NCBI GenBank assembly: GCA_024704765.1
Contig: JAKMXF010000155.1
Location: forward strand, 62,001-126,000
Direction of reading: 5' to 3'
DNA: 64,000 nucleotides
From: Oopsacas minuta
Lineage: Eukaryota; Animalia; Porifera
Shown here in pieces: positions 25,275-37,880 of this stretch. The notes under the pieces were generated by a model. It ran no database searches and was not told the origin of the DNA. It saw only the letters and a program-made list of their open reading frames with translations. The stretch's first letter is position 1. Each line of letters begins with the position of its first letter. The translations under genes and the position numbers were made by a program.

Positions 25275-26651
25275 CAGTCTGTTTCAAAAGTATTGGCAGT
25301 AGTTCATATTTCATATTTCCTAAGCCTATTCAATTGTGTGATTGTATTATCTATTGATCTTTTCGATATTGCATACTTAGATAGTCATCATGAAGTTTAT
25401 CATTAATCATGATGGACTTTCTTAATGTTTACCTCGATTCAGATATTTGAAACGGGGAATTTTGAGGCATAAAATTTCCCACCGCCACAGCTGCCAATTT
25501 GATCTCATTTAATAAAACAAATTATATTATAGCCCTATTTGTAGCTAAATGTCGCAATTAGAACAGAGGAAGAAAATCAAAATATTTATTGATGCAGGTA
25601 TTACTTCAGCGAAGGAAATCTCTGCTAAAACAGGGATACCATTGAGGACAATTTTTCGTATAAAATCTATACTTCGTGAAGGTAAAAGCATAACACATAA
25701 AAGTGTTAGTGGGCGTCCCAAGGCTATCACATATTCACACAAACAATCAATTATACGAACGTTAAATTCTCATTCTAAGATCTCTATACGTTCTGTACGC
25801 GCGAATCTCTCTTCCAAGTACACCGATGCTCCATCAACTTCAACAGTCTACCGGGCAACTCGTGCTTGTGGATTTAACTTTAAACAACCTGTTATGGGAC
25901 CATTCATTACCCCATTAATAGCTAAAAACAGAGTTGAATGGTGTAAAGATCATGTGAATTATTGTTGGGAGAATGTATTCTTCACAGACGAATGTTCTAT
26001 TTGGTTAAATCGGAGAAGTGTTGGCATGTGGACTAGAGCAAAAGAAAATCCTATTCTGAAGGTTCAACGGCACACACCAAAATTACACGTTTGGGGAGGG
26101 ATTTCTTCCATGGGAACCACAATATTGAAGATATTTACTTCTAATTTTGTCTCCAAATTGTATATTGATACTCTGAATGAGTGTTTAATCAGAACAGCTG
26201 ATGTTTACTAACCTGAGGGATGGATTCTGCAGGAAGACAATTCCCCAATTCATAAATCTAAGCTCAGCAAAGAGTGGAAAGATAGTGAAAATATTCTAGT
26301 ATTGGATTGGCCTGCCTATTCTCCGGACTTAAATCCAATTGAAAACATCTGGGGAGTCCTAAAGCAGAGGTTGTCAAAGAGATCTCTCAATAACTTGGCT
26401 GATTTAGAAGTAGCTATAATTTACGAATGGGAGACTTTTATCCCCGATTTCCTGAAAAATTTTATATTATCTATGCCTAACCGTGTAAATATGTGCATAA
26501 ATTCGAGAGGGGAGAAGATTAATTACTGAAATTTTGTTTACAGATATATCTTACCCGTGGAATTTCGTAGTATCATTATCTATTTGCTATTTGTTCCAAT
26601 TTCTGAAATATTAATATTATAATTTACTGCCAATACTTTTGAAACAGACTG
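25275..26651 (+). mobile_element. Tc1 (DD34E) element, copy A, 1377 bp
   Basis: Perfect TIR CAGTCTGTTTCAAAAGTATTGGCAGTA, TA flanks. Confidence 0.97.
25549..26529 (+). pseudogene. Tc1 transposase, 326 codons, single in-frame TAA at 26209-26211
   Basis: ORFs 25549-26211 and 26302-26529 share a frame. FFTDECSIWL, QEDNSPIH, WPAYSPDLNPIEN; 34 residues between D and E. Confidence 0.95.
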
Positions 26652-27685
26652 TAGCATGTGTCCTTGTAAGCTTGTTAGCAAAACAACTATAGGAGTGAAC
26701 AATGATAAATATATTTTTCTTTCCGTTATATTTATTCAAACTGACCTAAGAAATTGAGGGATTCAAACAGGTTGGGATCAGTTATATCAAAACTGAACCG
26801 CACTGGACTGGATTAGACCGGTGCTCAGTTTAGGAACTTCGCATCTCTGGTTCTACTCGGCTTTACTAAGGTTGTCATCTGGAGGCGTGTATTTGTTCGG
26901 GAATGCATACAATTCGTGACATGAGTTTTGAATGAACATCGCTGTGAGAACATTCAAGGGCGACGTGGCTAGTAGCTAATCTATAGTGAATAAAGGGAGT
27001 GAGCGTAGCTGGGTGTATAGACTACTAAAAATAAGGATTGGCAACTAGCCGAAACTTAGACATGCAAGAGGCCAGTTTGAGTATTGTTATCTTGTAAAAT
27101 AGTCCTTTCATAACTATAGATCATATCCAATAAGGTGATCAAGTATGGCGCATCCATTGAGACCATTTTTGAAGTTCTTAAGAATCTGGTTTTGTTGTTT
27201 AGACGCTATTTAATGATACCGGTGGCATAATTTATACTATTAATTATGTCATATACCTACACGTATAATTAGGTGTACAGTATCAAATATTTCAGATACA
27301 CTCTCCTAATACTGAAACGTTTATATCTTAATCAAACTGTTTGGCGCTTATGTTAGAGGTTAAAAACAATGTGGTACAAAAATCATTATCTATTTTTGTA
27401 AATTTAATACCCCATATTTTAACAAAAAAGGTGATCTACAAGGTACTCTTTGAAATAAAACATTTGTATGTGTTTATTGGCAAGGGAAACATGAATAAGA
27501 CCGAATGGAATAAGACCGAATTTAATTCAAGTCAATTAACAATTTTCTAAAGAATACCATATAGATATGTTTTCAATACTTCTTGAAGGTTTCTGGGGTA
27601 AATATATTAATAGTGATTATTCACAACTTTTTAATCCAACTGCATAATTAGCAATTCATACAAGTATCATTGGTATTTCTAAATA

Positions 27686-29320
27686 ATGACAAATTATAAA
27701 ATTTGGACGGTCATCGAAAAGGCTCGTTGCTCTATCAAAACGGAGCGAATGCTTACATTAAGGACAAAGATGTGAAAGGTGTGAGATATTTAAGATGCGT
27801 CAAATATAAGTATGGCTGTACTGCTAGGGCAAAAATTACTCTCGAAACTAATTATTTTTCACTACCAAATGAGCATGATAATCACGAATCTACAGAAAGA
27901 GAAATCGAGATAATGAAAGTTACATCTAAACTCAAACGCAAATCCGAATATTCACAAGGATCACTTCGGGAAATATTTGATGATGAAGTGAATCAATCTG
28001 AGGTTGGTGGTTTCATAAGCTTTGCACAATTAGAAAGCACGATGTATAAACGGAAAAGATTATGCACACCAGAAGTTCCATTAAATGCTCGAACTGCGAT
28101 GTCCTTAATGGAAGATCCTGGTGAAGAATTTAAGATGTATCATGCTTTCTCCATTGAAGAATTAGATGAAGTAGCGATTGCATTTATGAGCTCTAAATGG
28201 AAAAACGACTTGCATCCGGCAGACCAAACAGAATTGCAAGCAGATGCTACTTTTTATGTGGTTCCCAAGCAATTTTCATCAATTGTTGAATATATTCTTG
28301 CAGTACAAGTCTCACTCGTTGCCTGCGATTCATATTTTGATGGCAAAAAGACAGGTACGCTTTATGATAAAGTTGTAGCAAAAGTCATTGAAATTCTACC
28401 ATTTATTGCTTCTATCATTAAGACGGACTTTGAGAGTTCAATGTACAGTTCATTTGCGAAAGGTTTCCCTATGCAAGGGTCAGCGGCTGCTTATTTCACT
28501 ATGATAGAGCGCTATACAAAACTGGGATTCTCAAAAAAGGTTAATCAAATGCTTACATCTCAAACCTAGAATTTAGACAGTGGGTTGAACAGTTAATGTG
28601 TTTGCCACTACTTCCGTCAGATCTTATTGTTCCGATGTTTAGTTGCATAAAACAAGAAAAACCTTTGTTACCACGTTCTGAGAATGAAAACGTAATTAAG
28701 CTGTTAAAATATTATGAGCGATACTGGCTGGGTCAAGTTGGTCCTTCTAGACTATCCGTTTTCCATACAGAGAAACGTACCACAAACGATCTAGAGAGCT
28801 TTCATGCAAATTTGAAAAGAAATATAAATCCCATAACCCTAATTACTGGGATTTTATCAAAAACTTGAATAAAGTAATTCAAACAACCGAAAAAGACATC
28901 GAAATAATTGATAATCATGTTCCAATAAGGCGTAAGAAAAGGCCAGTAACTATTCAGAAGGAGAAATATATAGACGCGCTACAACAACAACTAATTAATG
29001 GTGATATTACTCCAAATAATTATTTGAAAACTATAACTCATCAATATAAAACCCAGTTTGCGAGATTTAAAGGGTTTATTGAATCAGTTGAAAATGTAGA
29101 TACAGAAAATAAAGAGGAAGATTTGATTCAAGATATGAGTACAGAACAAAACTCAAACACTTGTAGAATATGTTTAGTGAATGTACCAGATACACTAATT
29201 ATGCCCTGCCGTCATGCTCAAACTTGCTTCAGCTGTACAGAGAGGATTGTAAACTCTGATAATAACAACTGCCCTATTTGTAGAGAACCTATAGAAAACT
29301 TCATCAATATCTTTTTGTGA
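27686..29320 (+). pseudogene. MULE transposase with N-terminal FLYWCH-type finger and C-terminal C3HC4 RING finger, several 1-bp frameshifts
   Basis: YLRCVKYKYGCTARA..EHDNH; LQADATFYVVP; shifted QLLNIF..LPAIHILM; IKTDFE; shifted GCLFHY; LPLLP; YYERYW; RTTNDLESFH; shifted HNPNYWDFIKNL running into CRIC..PCRH..CFSC..CPICR (29162-29317). Confidence 0.88.
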
Positions 29321-29420
29321 TCTCTCATTCTCTAACTTATGTGTTCACTCATTTCACTTTTCATATATTTATCTGTATTTTGCTACGACGCATTATCATT
29401 TATTCATCCAGTCTAGAATT

Positions 29421-29541
29421 AAATTCGGTCTTATTCCATTCGGTCTTATTCTATTCGGTCTTATTTCATTCTTGAATTAAATTCGGTCTTATTCCAGTAT
29501 TGGAAAAATATTTTTTTCACACTGTAAATTCGGTCTTATTC
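29421..29541. repeat. MULE subterminal repeat array (ATTCGGTCTTATT x5; two inverted copies at 27492-27521)
   Basis: Five copies near 29421, 29438, 29453, 29481 and 29528. Two reverse-complement copies at the left end. Confidence 0.9.
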
Positions 29542-29859
29542 AGTCAACCCATTGACAACTTGATATTCCTTGAGTTTCTTCTTCACCTTTCCCACTGTGC
29601 TTGAATCACTTTTGTGTGTGGGAATTATGGCTTTATTATCACATATGCAGGGTGACACAAAAGTTCTGGAACAAATTTCAGCCTTATTATCTAATAGTAA
29701 ACCCTAATTCAAATCTTAGTTCTACTATGTATATCCAATTAACACACTATTATATTATAGCTCCTACTGTATTTAATCATTCAGTATCGTTATGTCTGGA
29801 GTATCAGAATTTCAACAAAAGCGCTCTGCTGTTATTCAATTACAAAGAGATTTCAAGTA

Positions 29860-31153
29860 GTTCGTAACCCTAGCTATTGCTATTATTGTTTAACCACATG
29901 TATTTACTATTTGCATCTAATTTATAGCTTAGATTTTGTCTATTGAGGACACTATACTTTGTGGAAATTGATCTAATATTTTTGAGATACACCCTTTTGA
30001 AGATAGGTTATATCAACTACAGAGGAATTTATGACTTCAAAATCTAATGAATTTCTACTGGAACAAAGAACGTACATCAAAATCCGTTCATTACTCGGCG
30101 ATACGCCGAGGAATATCAACAAAGATTTAGTACAGGTATATGGTGGGGAGGCTTGTTCGGAATCCACCGTTAAGAAGTGGAGTCTACGTTTTCGTGAAGG
30201 TAGGGTGTCGGTTGAAGATGACCCTCGGATGGGGCAACCTATAATTGCTACCACTGCAAACAATATTGCTCTTGTAGCTGAAATGTGTGACTCTGATCCC
30301 CGTATTACGATAGAGCAGTTAGCTACTAGCCTAACCTTGTTAACGGGAAGTGTTCATGCAATTCTGAACAAGCATCTTGGTATGTCCAAGGTTTGCTCAC
30401 GTTGGGTCCCACATTTGTTGAATCAGACTCAAAAGAAGACCCAGGTGAGGATTGCAAAAAAACTGCTTGGAAAGTATGATTAATGTGATGAGAGACGACT
30501 ATTTGAAATATGTACCGGTGATGAGACGTGGATAAGATATTCAGAGCCAACTGGCAAAGAACAGAACAAGGTATGGATTGTAAAAGGGAGTTCTCCCCCA
30601 GCACTACCAAGACCGGATCATTGGGCACCAAAGTAATGTACACCATATTTTCGATGCACATGGTCCAGTCTGCCAAATCTGTGCTCCCAAGGCGCAAACA
30701 GCTACCGGCACTTTTATGCAACAGTTGTTCTTCCGGAATTCGAAAAGCATTATATTAAACGTCGGCCAGCCACGGGTCTTAGAGGAATCAAAATTTTGCA
30801 TGATAATGCCAGACCGCACAAATTTAAGGAAGTCAAGGAAAAGATTGCTTCTATAGGTCTTGAGGAATTGGAACATCTACCCCATAGCCCTGACCTAGCA
30901 CCTTGCGACTTTTGGCTGTTCGATGGGCTCAAAAAGCACCTAGCAGGTACAGTTTTTGGAAACGGATGCAAATTGGAAGGACCATCCAACGGTACCTCAG
31001 AGACATACCACAAAAGAGTATAAGAAAACATTTTTAAGTGGATAGAGCGTTTAAAGCTTGTAGTTGAGCACAAGGGAGACTATTTTGAACATTAATAGTA
31101 GTATTTGAGGCTTATCTCACTTGTATAATACAAATATTCTAGGAGTTACGAAT
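29860..31153 (+). mobile_element. mariner (DD34D) element nested in the maT 5' coding region
   Basis: Degenerate inverted ends TA|GTTCGTAACCCTAG and CTAGGAGTTACGAAT|TA give 1294 bp, a typical mariner length. Confidence 0.7.
30031..31095 (+). pseudogene. mariner transposase with stop and frameshifts
   Basis: CSRWVPHLL, TGDETW, HDNARPH..HSPDLAPCDF (34 residues D to D), HKGDYFEH. Confidence 0.93.
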
Positions 31154-32362
31154 TAAATGAATACCTTTTGTATTTCTCAATGGTAAAAAGCAAAGCAGAT
31201 ACTAAGAACCCTTGGTCCAACCAAATACACACGAACTTTTATATCTCGAACAATAAAACGCTATGACGAGACGGGAAAGATCATGGATCGTCAACGATCA
31301 GGGCAACCACGCACGGTCAGGACGCCTGCTAACAAGAAGAAGATTCGGCAGATTTTGAATCGTCGACCGACAATGTCTACCCGGAAGGTCGCCGCAAAAG
31401 TCAGGATTGACAGAGAATCTGTTCGGTGAATAATTCATAAGGATTAGGGCATAAAATGTTTCAAACGAACAAGGGTAGAGTCTCTCAATCCCCAAACTAT
31501 TTCAAAGAGGATACAAGGATGCCGAAAACTGCAGGCCTGACTCAAAATTGTTAACTATGAATCAATTTTCTTTTCAGACGAAAATATTCTGTAAAGAGGA
31601 AAAGTACAACTCCAAAAATTGGTGTGTTTATTCCCTTACACGAAAGGATATCCCAGAGCAATTTCGGACGGTCCAGAAAACACAACACCCTAAAAGCATT
31701 GTGGTTTGGGCAGGAATCTCAGCAAAGGGAAAACCCCCTTAGTATTCATACCAGATGGATTAAAATTAATGGCGATTTGTACATGAACGAAATTTTAAAG
31801 AAATATGTTCTTTCTATCAGTTCAACCTTCATGAAAACACGCAATGGGTATTCCAACAGGATGGTGCACCAGCCCATACAGCGAAAGTATCACAAGATTG
31901 GTTGTCAACGAATTTACCAGGCTTTTTATCCGTATCGATTGCCCTCCTGTAAGTTCAGATCTAAACCCTTGCGACTATTATTTATGGGGGAGATTAGAGG
32001 AATTAGTGAATAATAGAGCATACGATAATATTTCAGCACTTAAACGGGCTTTGTCCAAAGTTTGGTCTGAATTAGACAAAGATGAAGTAGCTTGGGCCTG
32101 CAATTTGTTCCCAGACAGAGTGAGAAGTTGTCTGAAGGCCCGAGGGAATAGATTTGAAATGAACTAGCTTCAAACTTTATTGAAATTATGAAATTAGGTA
32201 TAGTTTATTACTCTTAGTCAGCCTTTAGAGTTGTTACTTCCCTTTTATGTATTCAATGAATATTTCAATTTTGTTGCAGAACTTTTGTGTCACCCTATAA
32301 AGTGTCTCGCGTTCATTGTGACCTCTCTACTAATTTCGCATATTGTTTTGATATATGAGAGA

Positions 32363-33060
32363 ATGCCTCACAAGTGTCCTGTAATCAATTGCCGTATTGG
32401 TTATATTTATGGACCCGCGAACCCAATGTTCTCATTCCCTCGCAATACTGACCTCCGAAAAAGAGGGTTTCAATTGATTAACCGTGAAGATTATTCTATT
32501 ACTTCATCGTCACGAATATATATCGATCACTTCGAATCCAAATACATTCTACACCATTCTTACAAAATTAGACTCAACATGTCAATATAGTCAACATGTC
32601 AAGAGTTCTTAAAGGGCTCTAAACTGGAAAGATTCCGAAAGACTTCTATTGTAGAAACAAACTTTTAATGCATTAATCACCACTAACAATTCCAATTTAG
32701 TACTTTGTCATGTGATTTGATCCAAGAAGGTTATATCTATGTGTTAACAGGCCGATTCCAAACTGATCCTTTGAAAGGCGTGTCTCACAATACAGAGAAA
32801 CGAGTGGTGGCCGTTTGCTCAGCAGTTTGGCTGAGGTTATTAGGTCTGAATCAATTTTATGTTATAAGATATTACTCAAACATACTATATATTTACCGAA
32901 TTACAACTCTCTCCAAATGATATTATCAATCAGAAAATAACAGAGTTTCTGGCAAATATTCATACCAAATCACTTGGGCAGCTTGTAATATCAGATCATA
33001 CAAAGGATGCGTAGCTTGCATTTCCGATTATATTACTTATTCTCTTCTCAAACTCTCAAA
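32363..33060 (+). pseudogene. P-element (THAP9-like) internal-deletion derivative: THAP domain joined to the transposase C-terminal region
   Basis: MPHKCPVINC..FSFP..R..SRIYIDHF (degenerate C2CH THAP), followed within about 100 bp by KQTFNALIT..EGYIYVLTGRFQTDPL..SQYR..SGGR. Confidence 0.8.
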
Positions 33061-35304
33061 ATTTCAGGATTGCATTGATTTTCTCCCTAAGGATCCAATA
33101 ACATTATGCGAAAAATTTTGTGTGTGTATATATATTATGTGAATAAATTATGTCACAAAATATGAATATATTTCGCGGATAAGTTATGCGAATGTATTTC
33201 ATTTAATATGATGTGATATTGATGTAGGTAAAATGAAAGATCTGAAAAATTCAAAATGTTAACTATAGTAATTAGCTAATGCATTATGTTAGTTACAATA
33301 TTTTCACAAAAATTTCAGACCCCACGTATTTTACATGTGCAGCGGCATCAACACCTTGTCATTTTTTCGAGAAAGTTGCTTATTAGGATCCGAATCTCAA
33401 ATTCAGAAATTTCAAAAGATTCTTTATTCTACGTAACCTCCGCTAATCATATTTTTTATCAATTCCATTTCATGAAGTATGAAATTGATATAATTTTCCA
33501 AATATATTTTTCATAATTGGAGTTAAAGCGATTTCATAAAGTTAGATATGGATTCCTATTCGAGAATTACACATATAATTGAAGATATTATATTGAGAGA
33601 ATTATCGTTTATATTCTCTCCATCGTGTTTCTAATTGTTAGATCTAAATCCATAAATAGAACCAATAAATATTTGATAAGCTCGAATATCTAAAATCTAT
33701 AAGTGATATAAAAATTTTGATTTAATATTTAGGACCTATGGGCTCGATGTATCTAAGGGCCAATGTTTCACAAAGATTAAGAATATTTGCTACAATACTA
33801 ACACTTCGGCAACATTCGCTTAATAATGAAGTTTTGTGATCAAAATCATACATATCAACACATAGCTATTATTCGTGCAACCCTGATACGATTGTATCAA
33901 CTAAAATTATTATTTAAATTTAGTAATACTTGCCTAAAATGTAACATCTCAATATACCTAACTAGCAGAATTCGTGTATTTATATTATCTTACCACTTAA
34001 AACTTTGGGAAAAATAATAAATTGTTAGAAGTGATACTATTTGGTTAATCGAATATATTTTTCCCAGCAGGCAACTGAATATTGCGGCGGTAAACTAGCT
34101 AACCGGCTAACCAAATCCATCCCTGTTTGACGCTAGTCATTAAATATTTTAATGAATGAATCAATTTTCTTGCTGATACTTCACAAAATGATGAGATAAT
34201 AATAATTAACCGACTGCCCATGCTCAAGTGAATATCGTGTCTCGCTGAAAGAAGTTTATCATTAACAATTGCCTTGTTTTCAATCTACAACTCTCTTACA
34301 ATATCCTTATGCGTGTTCAATATCCTGCAATGTTGCAATATCTTTTGAGTTTAGTAATTACGCAAGAAATTGTGTATCCTCCATAAATAACTGAATGACC
34401 TCTGGGCTTCACATGTGGTTACAGGAAGACACTCATGTATTACACATAGGATAATATATTTGGCATCATTCACTTCAGTTCAACTTCTTCTGCAACATCC
34501 TTTTTTTAGTCAAGATCCTGCTCGGAACTCCTATTCGTCTGTTACGAGAGGTAAACCAGTTTTACCTCTCGTAACTTTAATCATTTCTATTAGATATCTT
34601 GGTTATAATATCCGATATCTGATATTTATCTATCCTTAAAAGACGTATGTAATAACTCAACTATTGTCAGATCATTCTATCAATAGCTACTCGATGTGCA
34701 GCAGCAACTTGCATACGCCTAGAGATATCTTCGAATACATTTATGGACGTACCGCATATTTCTGTGTAATACCCTGCTTGATTAGGTGCTTAATTGCCCG
34801 AATTACATTTACCCTTGGCAATACTGGAATTTTTCGGGATTAAATACTATGTTTTACCTTATTCTCATAGTACATCAGCATTGAGTAAATTCTGCCCTTC
34901 TTATATAAAGGTTTGGGAAACAATGTTCACTCATTCTCTAACCATGGCGGTATTAGCTTTTTCTCTTGGCATTGTCTGCCTATAGTTTGCACGAATTGAA
35001 GTAATCTTTGAAAATCGACTTTGGCTGCGGCAAAAAGTAGAAAACCCGGCCTTCGGCAAGCCAGCCAGGTTTGAAGTAATTTGTTCTAAGATTTCTTTCA
35101 AAAGCAAAACAGGAAAAATGAATTCCTATTGCGAGATACCAAAACTAACATCTAAATATCTAGGATAAAATCTGCATGCTAAAATATACCTATCTCTATG
35201 ATATATCTAATTTTTGCTTATATCAAATCTCCACTATCATCAATTTCTTCGACGTTTTGATTTGGAAGAACTACTTCTTAGTAGGTGGTTGATCTAAATG
35301 AAGC

Positions 35305-35960
35305 AAACCTAACAGTTCTTAGGTTGTACTTGAGGAACAAGAGCTTTCTATGTTCTCCGAGAACAAACGGATTCTGTCCCACTTCCATATCTTGCTAGCC
35401 ACATTGAACTCTCGTTCACTTGGAACTGATCCACAAGTTGAACTCAACAATCGCAATTCAAGTATCGACAATCATGGATATAATTCCGAATGAATTCTCC
35501 TGAATCACAATGGATTCAAATCCCTAGATATTCTCTTTCCTGCAAGGTACAGCAATGTTACTGAATTGATTTGACTTTGAATTTTTTCACTTTTACACAT
35601 TGCATTCGAACTAACTAATTCATTTTCGTCATCATAATTTTCTAAAATCGAAACACTCAGCAACTGTTAGCGTTTGATTTCGACTACATGCATTAAATAA
35701 TGACAAAATCCTCACTTCATCAATATTTAATCTAAAATACCATATCTTTTCTTTGCCTTTTCAGCTTTCTCTTTGGCCATGAAGCCACTCATTATTATAT
35801 AGGATCTAATACAGTAGCTATTGCATGCTCATCGTTATTTTCATCACGGGGTCCTCGCCCCTGAAATATCGATTCATTAGATTCACCAATGCGTCCTTCA
35901 ACATTCCGATCCAGAATTCTTCAATCACATGGAAGTCAAATTATATTTCGTTGTTAGGCC
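35305..35960 (-). pseudogene. Ac/ZBED1-like hAT transposase 3' remnant
   Basis: AIATVLDP (about 35800-35830) and STCGSVPSEREFNVASKI..RIRL..EN..LLFLKYNL (about 35315-35450). Confidence 0.75.
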
Positions 35961-36869
35961 ATTAAAGTATTACATTTGATTCTCATCCCTGCTCTTCCCA
36001 AATGTATTCCTTGTCCAAAGTATCTTATTTGTATTTTTTGCTATCTTAAAGATAATTCATGGATAAAGATTGTACAATGCACATCTTACTACTTGCATAG
36101 CAGAAATATTCATTATTTTTATGCCCGGAGATAATGTAATGAGATAGTCGAATCATTCGAATAGTCAAAATATTCACATACAAACTTAACCTAAAAAAAT
36201 TGAACAAAATACTGTCCGCCTTATACATTATCCGAGGAAATCTATATGAGAAACGAAAAATTAGTTTACATAGCCTTAGTTGAAATTTCGTAATTCAACA
36301 ATTTTAATGTTTGTTAGAAAAACTAGAAGTTTTAGGAATATCAGTTGTTTTAATCGACTCTAAAATTCCAACAAAGATAAAACAACTACTTATCAAACAA
36401 AAAAACATTGACAAATGCATTATATTATTGTAACTATAGAATGTTTCTTTGCGAATCATATTTTCATCATTTTTGAAATATTAGCAGGCAGTATACCTCT
36501 GATTTCCTATGTTAATTGTCCCAGTTTCAACCTTGATGGTACATTCGAACCTCTATAAGTGGGAGAGGTCGGTTTTTCGAATCTTATGCTAACTCTCCAT
36601 CCCCATATATAATTTAAAATGTAAATGCCATTTAACCAGATTTTTTTACTGAATATGTACAGCTGCTTCCTCCACGACTGTTATTTCAACGATATTTGAT
36701 CAATATAATGTGCTCTGAGGTTGTTGGTTGAATATACAAGTTTGTATGCAATTTTCTTTCAAGAAACCCAAGGATTTCAATCCATCATTGCTATAAATAT
36801 CTATTTATTTCTAAATTTAGCAGAAAAATTGATAATTCACGAAAATCTTTCCGTATAATTCCCCCCTTA

Positions 36870-37880
36870 CGAGGGGCACTAGGAAAGTTTTGTTGTTAGA
36901 TTGTAAAAACATTGAATATAGTATAGAGTGCTTTAATTATCTCAAAATATTCGCCATGAGCAGCTATGCAGCTTTACATGCGCAACCTCCAATTTTCGCA
37001 ACATTGGTACCAATTTTTGGATTGGGTACTCTCAAGCGCATCAAAGGCCGCCGACTCCAACTCTTCGTCGCTAGAAAAGCATCTACCTTTGAGTTTTTCA
37101 TTATGTTTTGGGAAGAGCTAGAAGTCACATAGGGCTAAATCAGGAGAATATGGTGAATGTGGTAGGGTAGATACCCCATTTGCTTGGATATAATCCATTG
37201 TATGTGCCGCCTTATGTGCTGTTGCATTATCATGGTGCAATCTAATGCACCGTAAGCCAGTTTTGGGTCGATGATGCTGAATCTCATCGAAAACTGCTTT
37301 CAAACAAACGGTATACCATTTTGCAGTTACCATAGCACCCTTTTCAAGTTTAACAACCTTTATCAAACCTTGAGGATTGAAGAAAATTTGCATACACCCT
37401 CTTGCCCACTGATTTTGGCAGTTTCACTTGAACAAGTTGAGGATCATCTTCGCATACCCACAATTTCGCTTTCTCCTTTGGTGGAGGGTCGTAGTGATAT
37501 ATCCACGTTTCATCACCGCTAACAATGTTATATATCTTCCTCCCTTGGTCAGAGTTATATTTATCCAGCATATATTGACAAAATTCAACTCACTCGGCCT
37601 TCTGTGGTTGCGTCAACTTATAGGGACCCACCAACAACAGAGCTTCCTAACAATAGTTATTCATGTAGGAGCGAATCACTGGCAGGCGATAAAATATTTA
37701 GGGTTTCTTCTAACTGTTTGTTAGTGATATATGGGTACGAAACATTTCATTACCCACAGACTCAACCATCTCTAATGTAACTTCTTCATCTGGTCTTCCA
37801 GACGAGTTTCATCTTCAAACGATGTCCTACCGATCTTGAATTCGCGAAACCACCTTTGTATAGTCAGTATCCTAAGAGAT
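36870..37880 (-). mobile_element. mariner (DD34D) element, 5'-truncated, decayed
   Basis: TA|CGAGGGGCACTAGGAAAG terminus at 36870. IVSGDETWIYHY, HHDNATAH..PYSPDLALCDF, FREFKIGRTSFED. Confidence 0.85.

Larger units (their letters stand above)
27484..29550 (+). mobile_element. Mutator-like element (MULE), 2067 bp
   Basis: GGG...CCC termini with shared TGAATAAGACCGAAT. 8-bp TSD ATTGGCAA / ATTGACAA (7/8). Subterminal repeats at both ends. Confidence 0.85.
29648..32297 (+). mobile_element. maT (DD37D) element carrying a nested mariner
   Basis: TIRs CAGGGTGACACAAAAGTTCTG and CAGAACTTTTGTGTCACCCTA. About 1.35 kb without the insert. Decayed ORF: RSGQPRTVRT, VWAGISAKGK, FQQDGAPAH..PPVSSDLNPCDY, ARGNRFEMN. 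Confidence 0.88.

Noticed and set aside
35041-35072. GC-rich hairpin CCGGCCTTCGGCAAGCCAGCC resembling a terminator or Helitron end
   Set aside because: Short imperfect stem with no poly-T or CTAG context. Prokaryotic terminators are not expected here.
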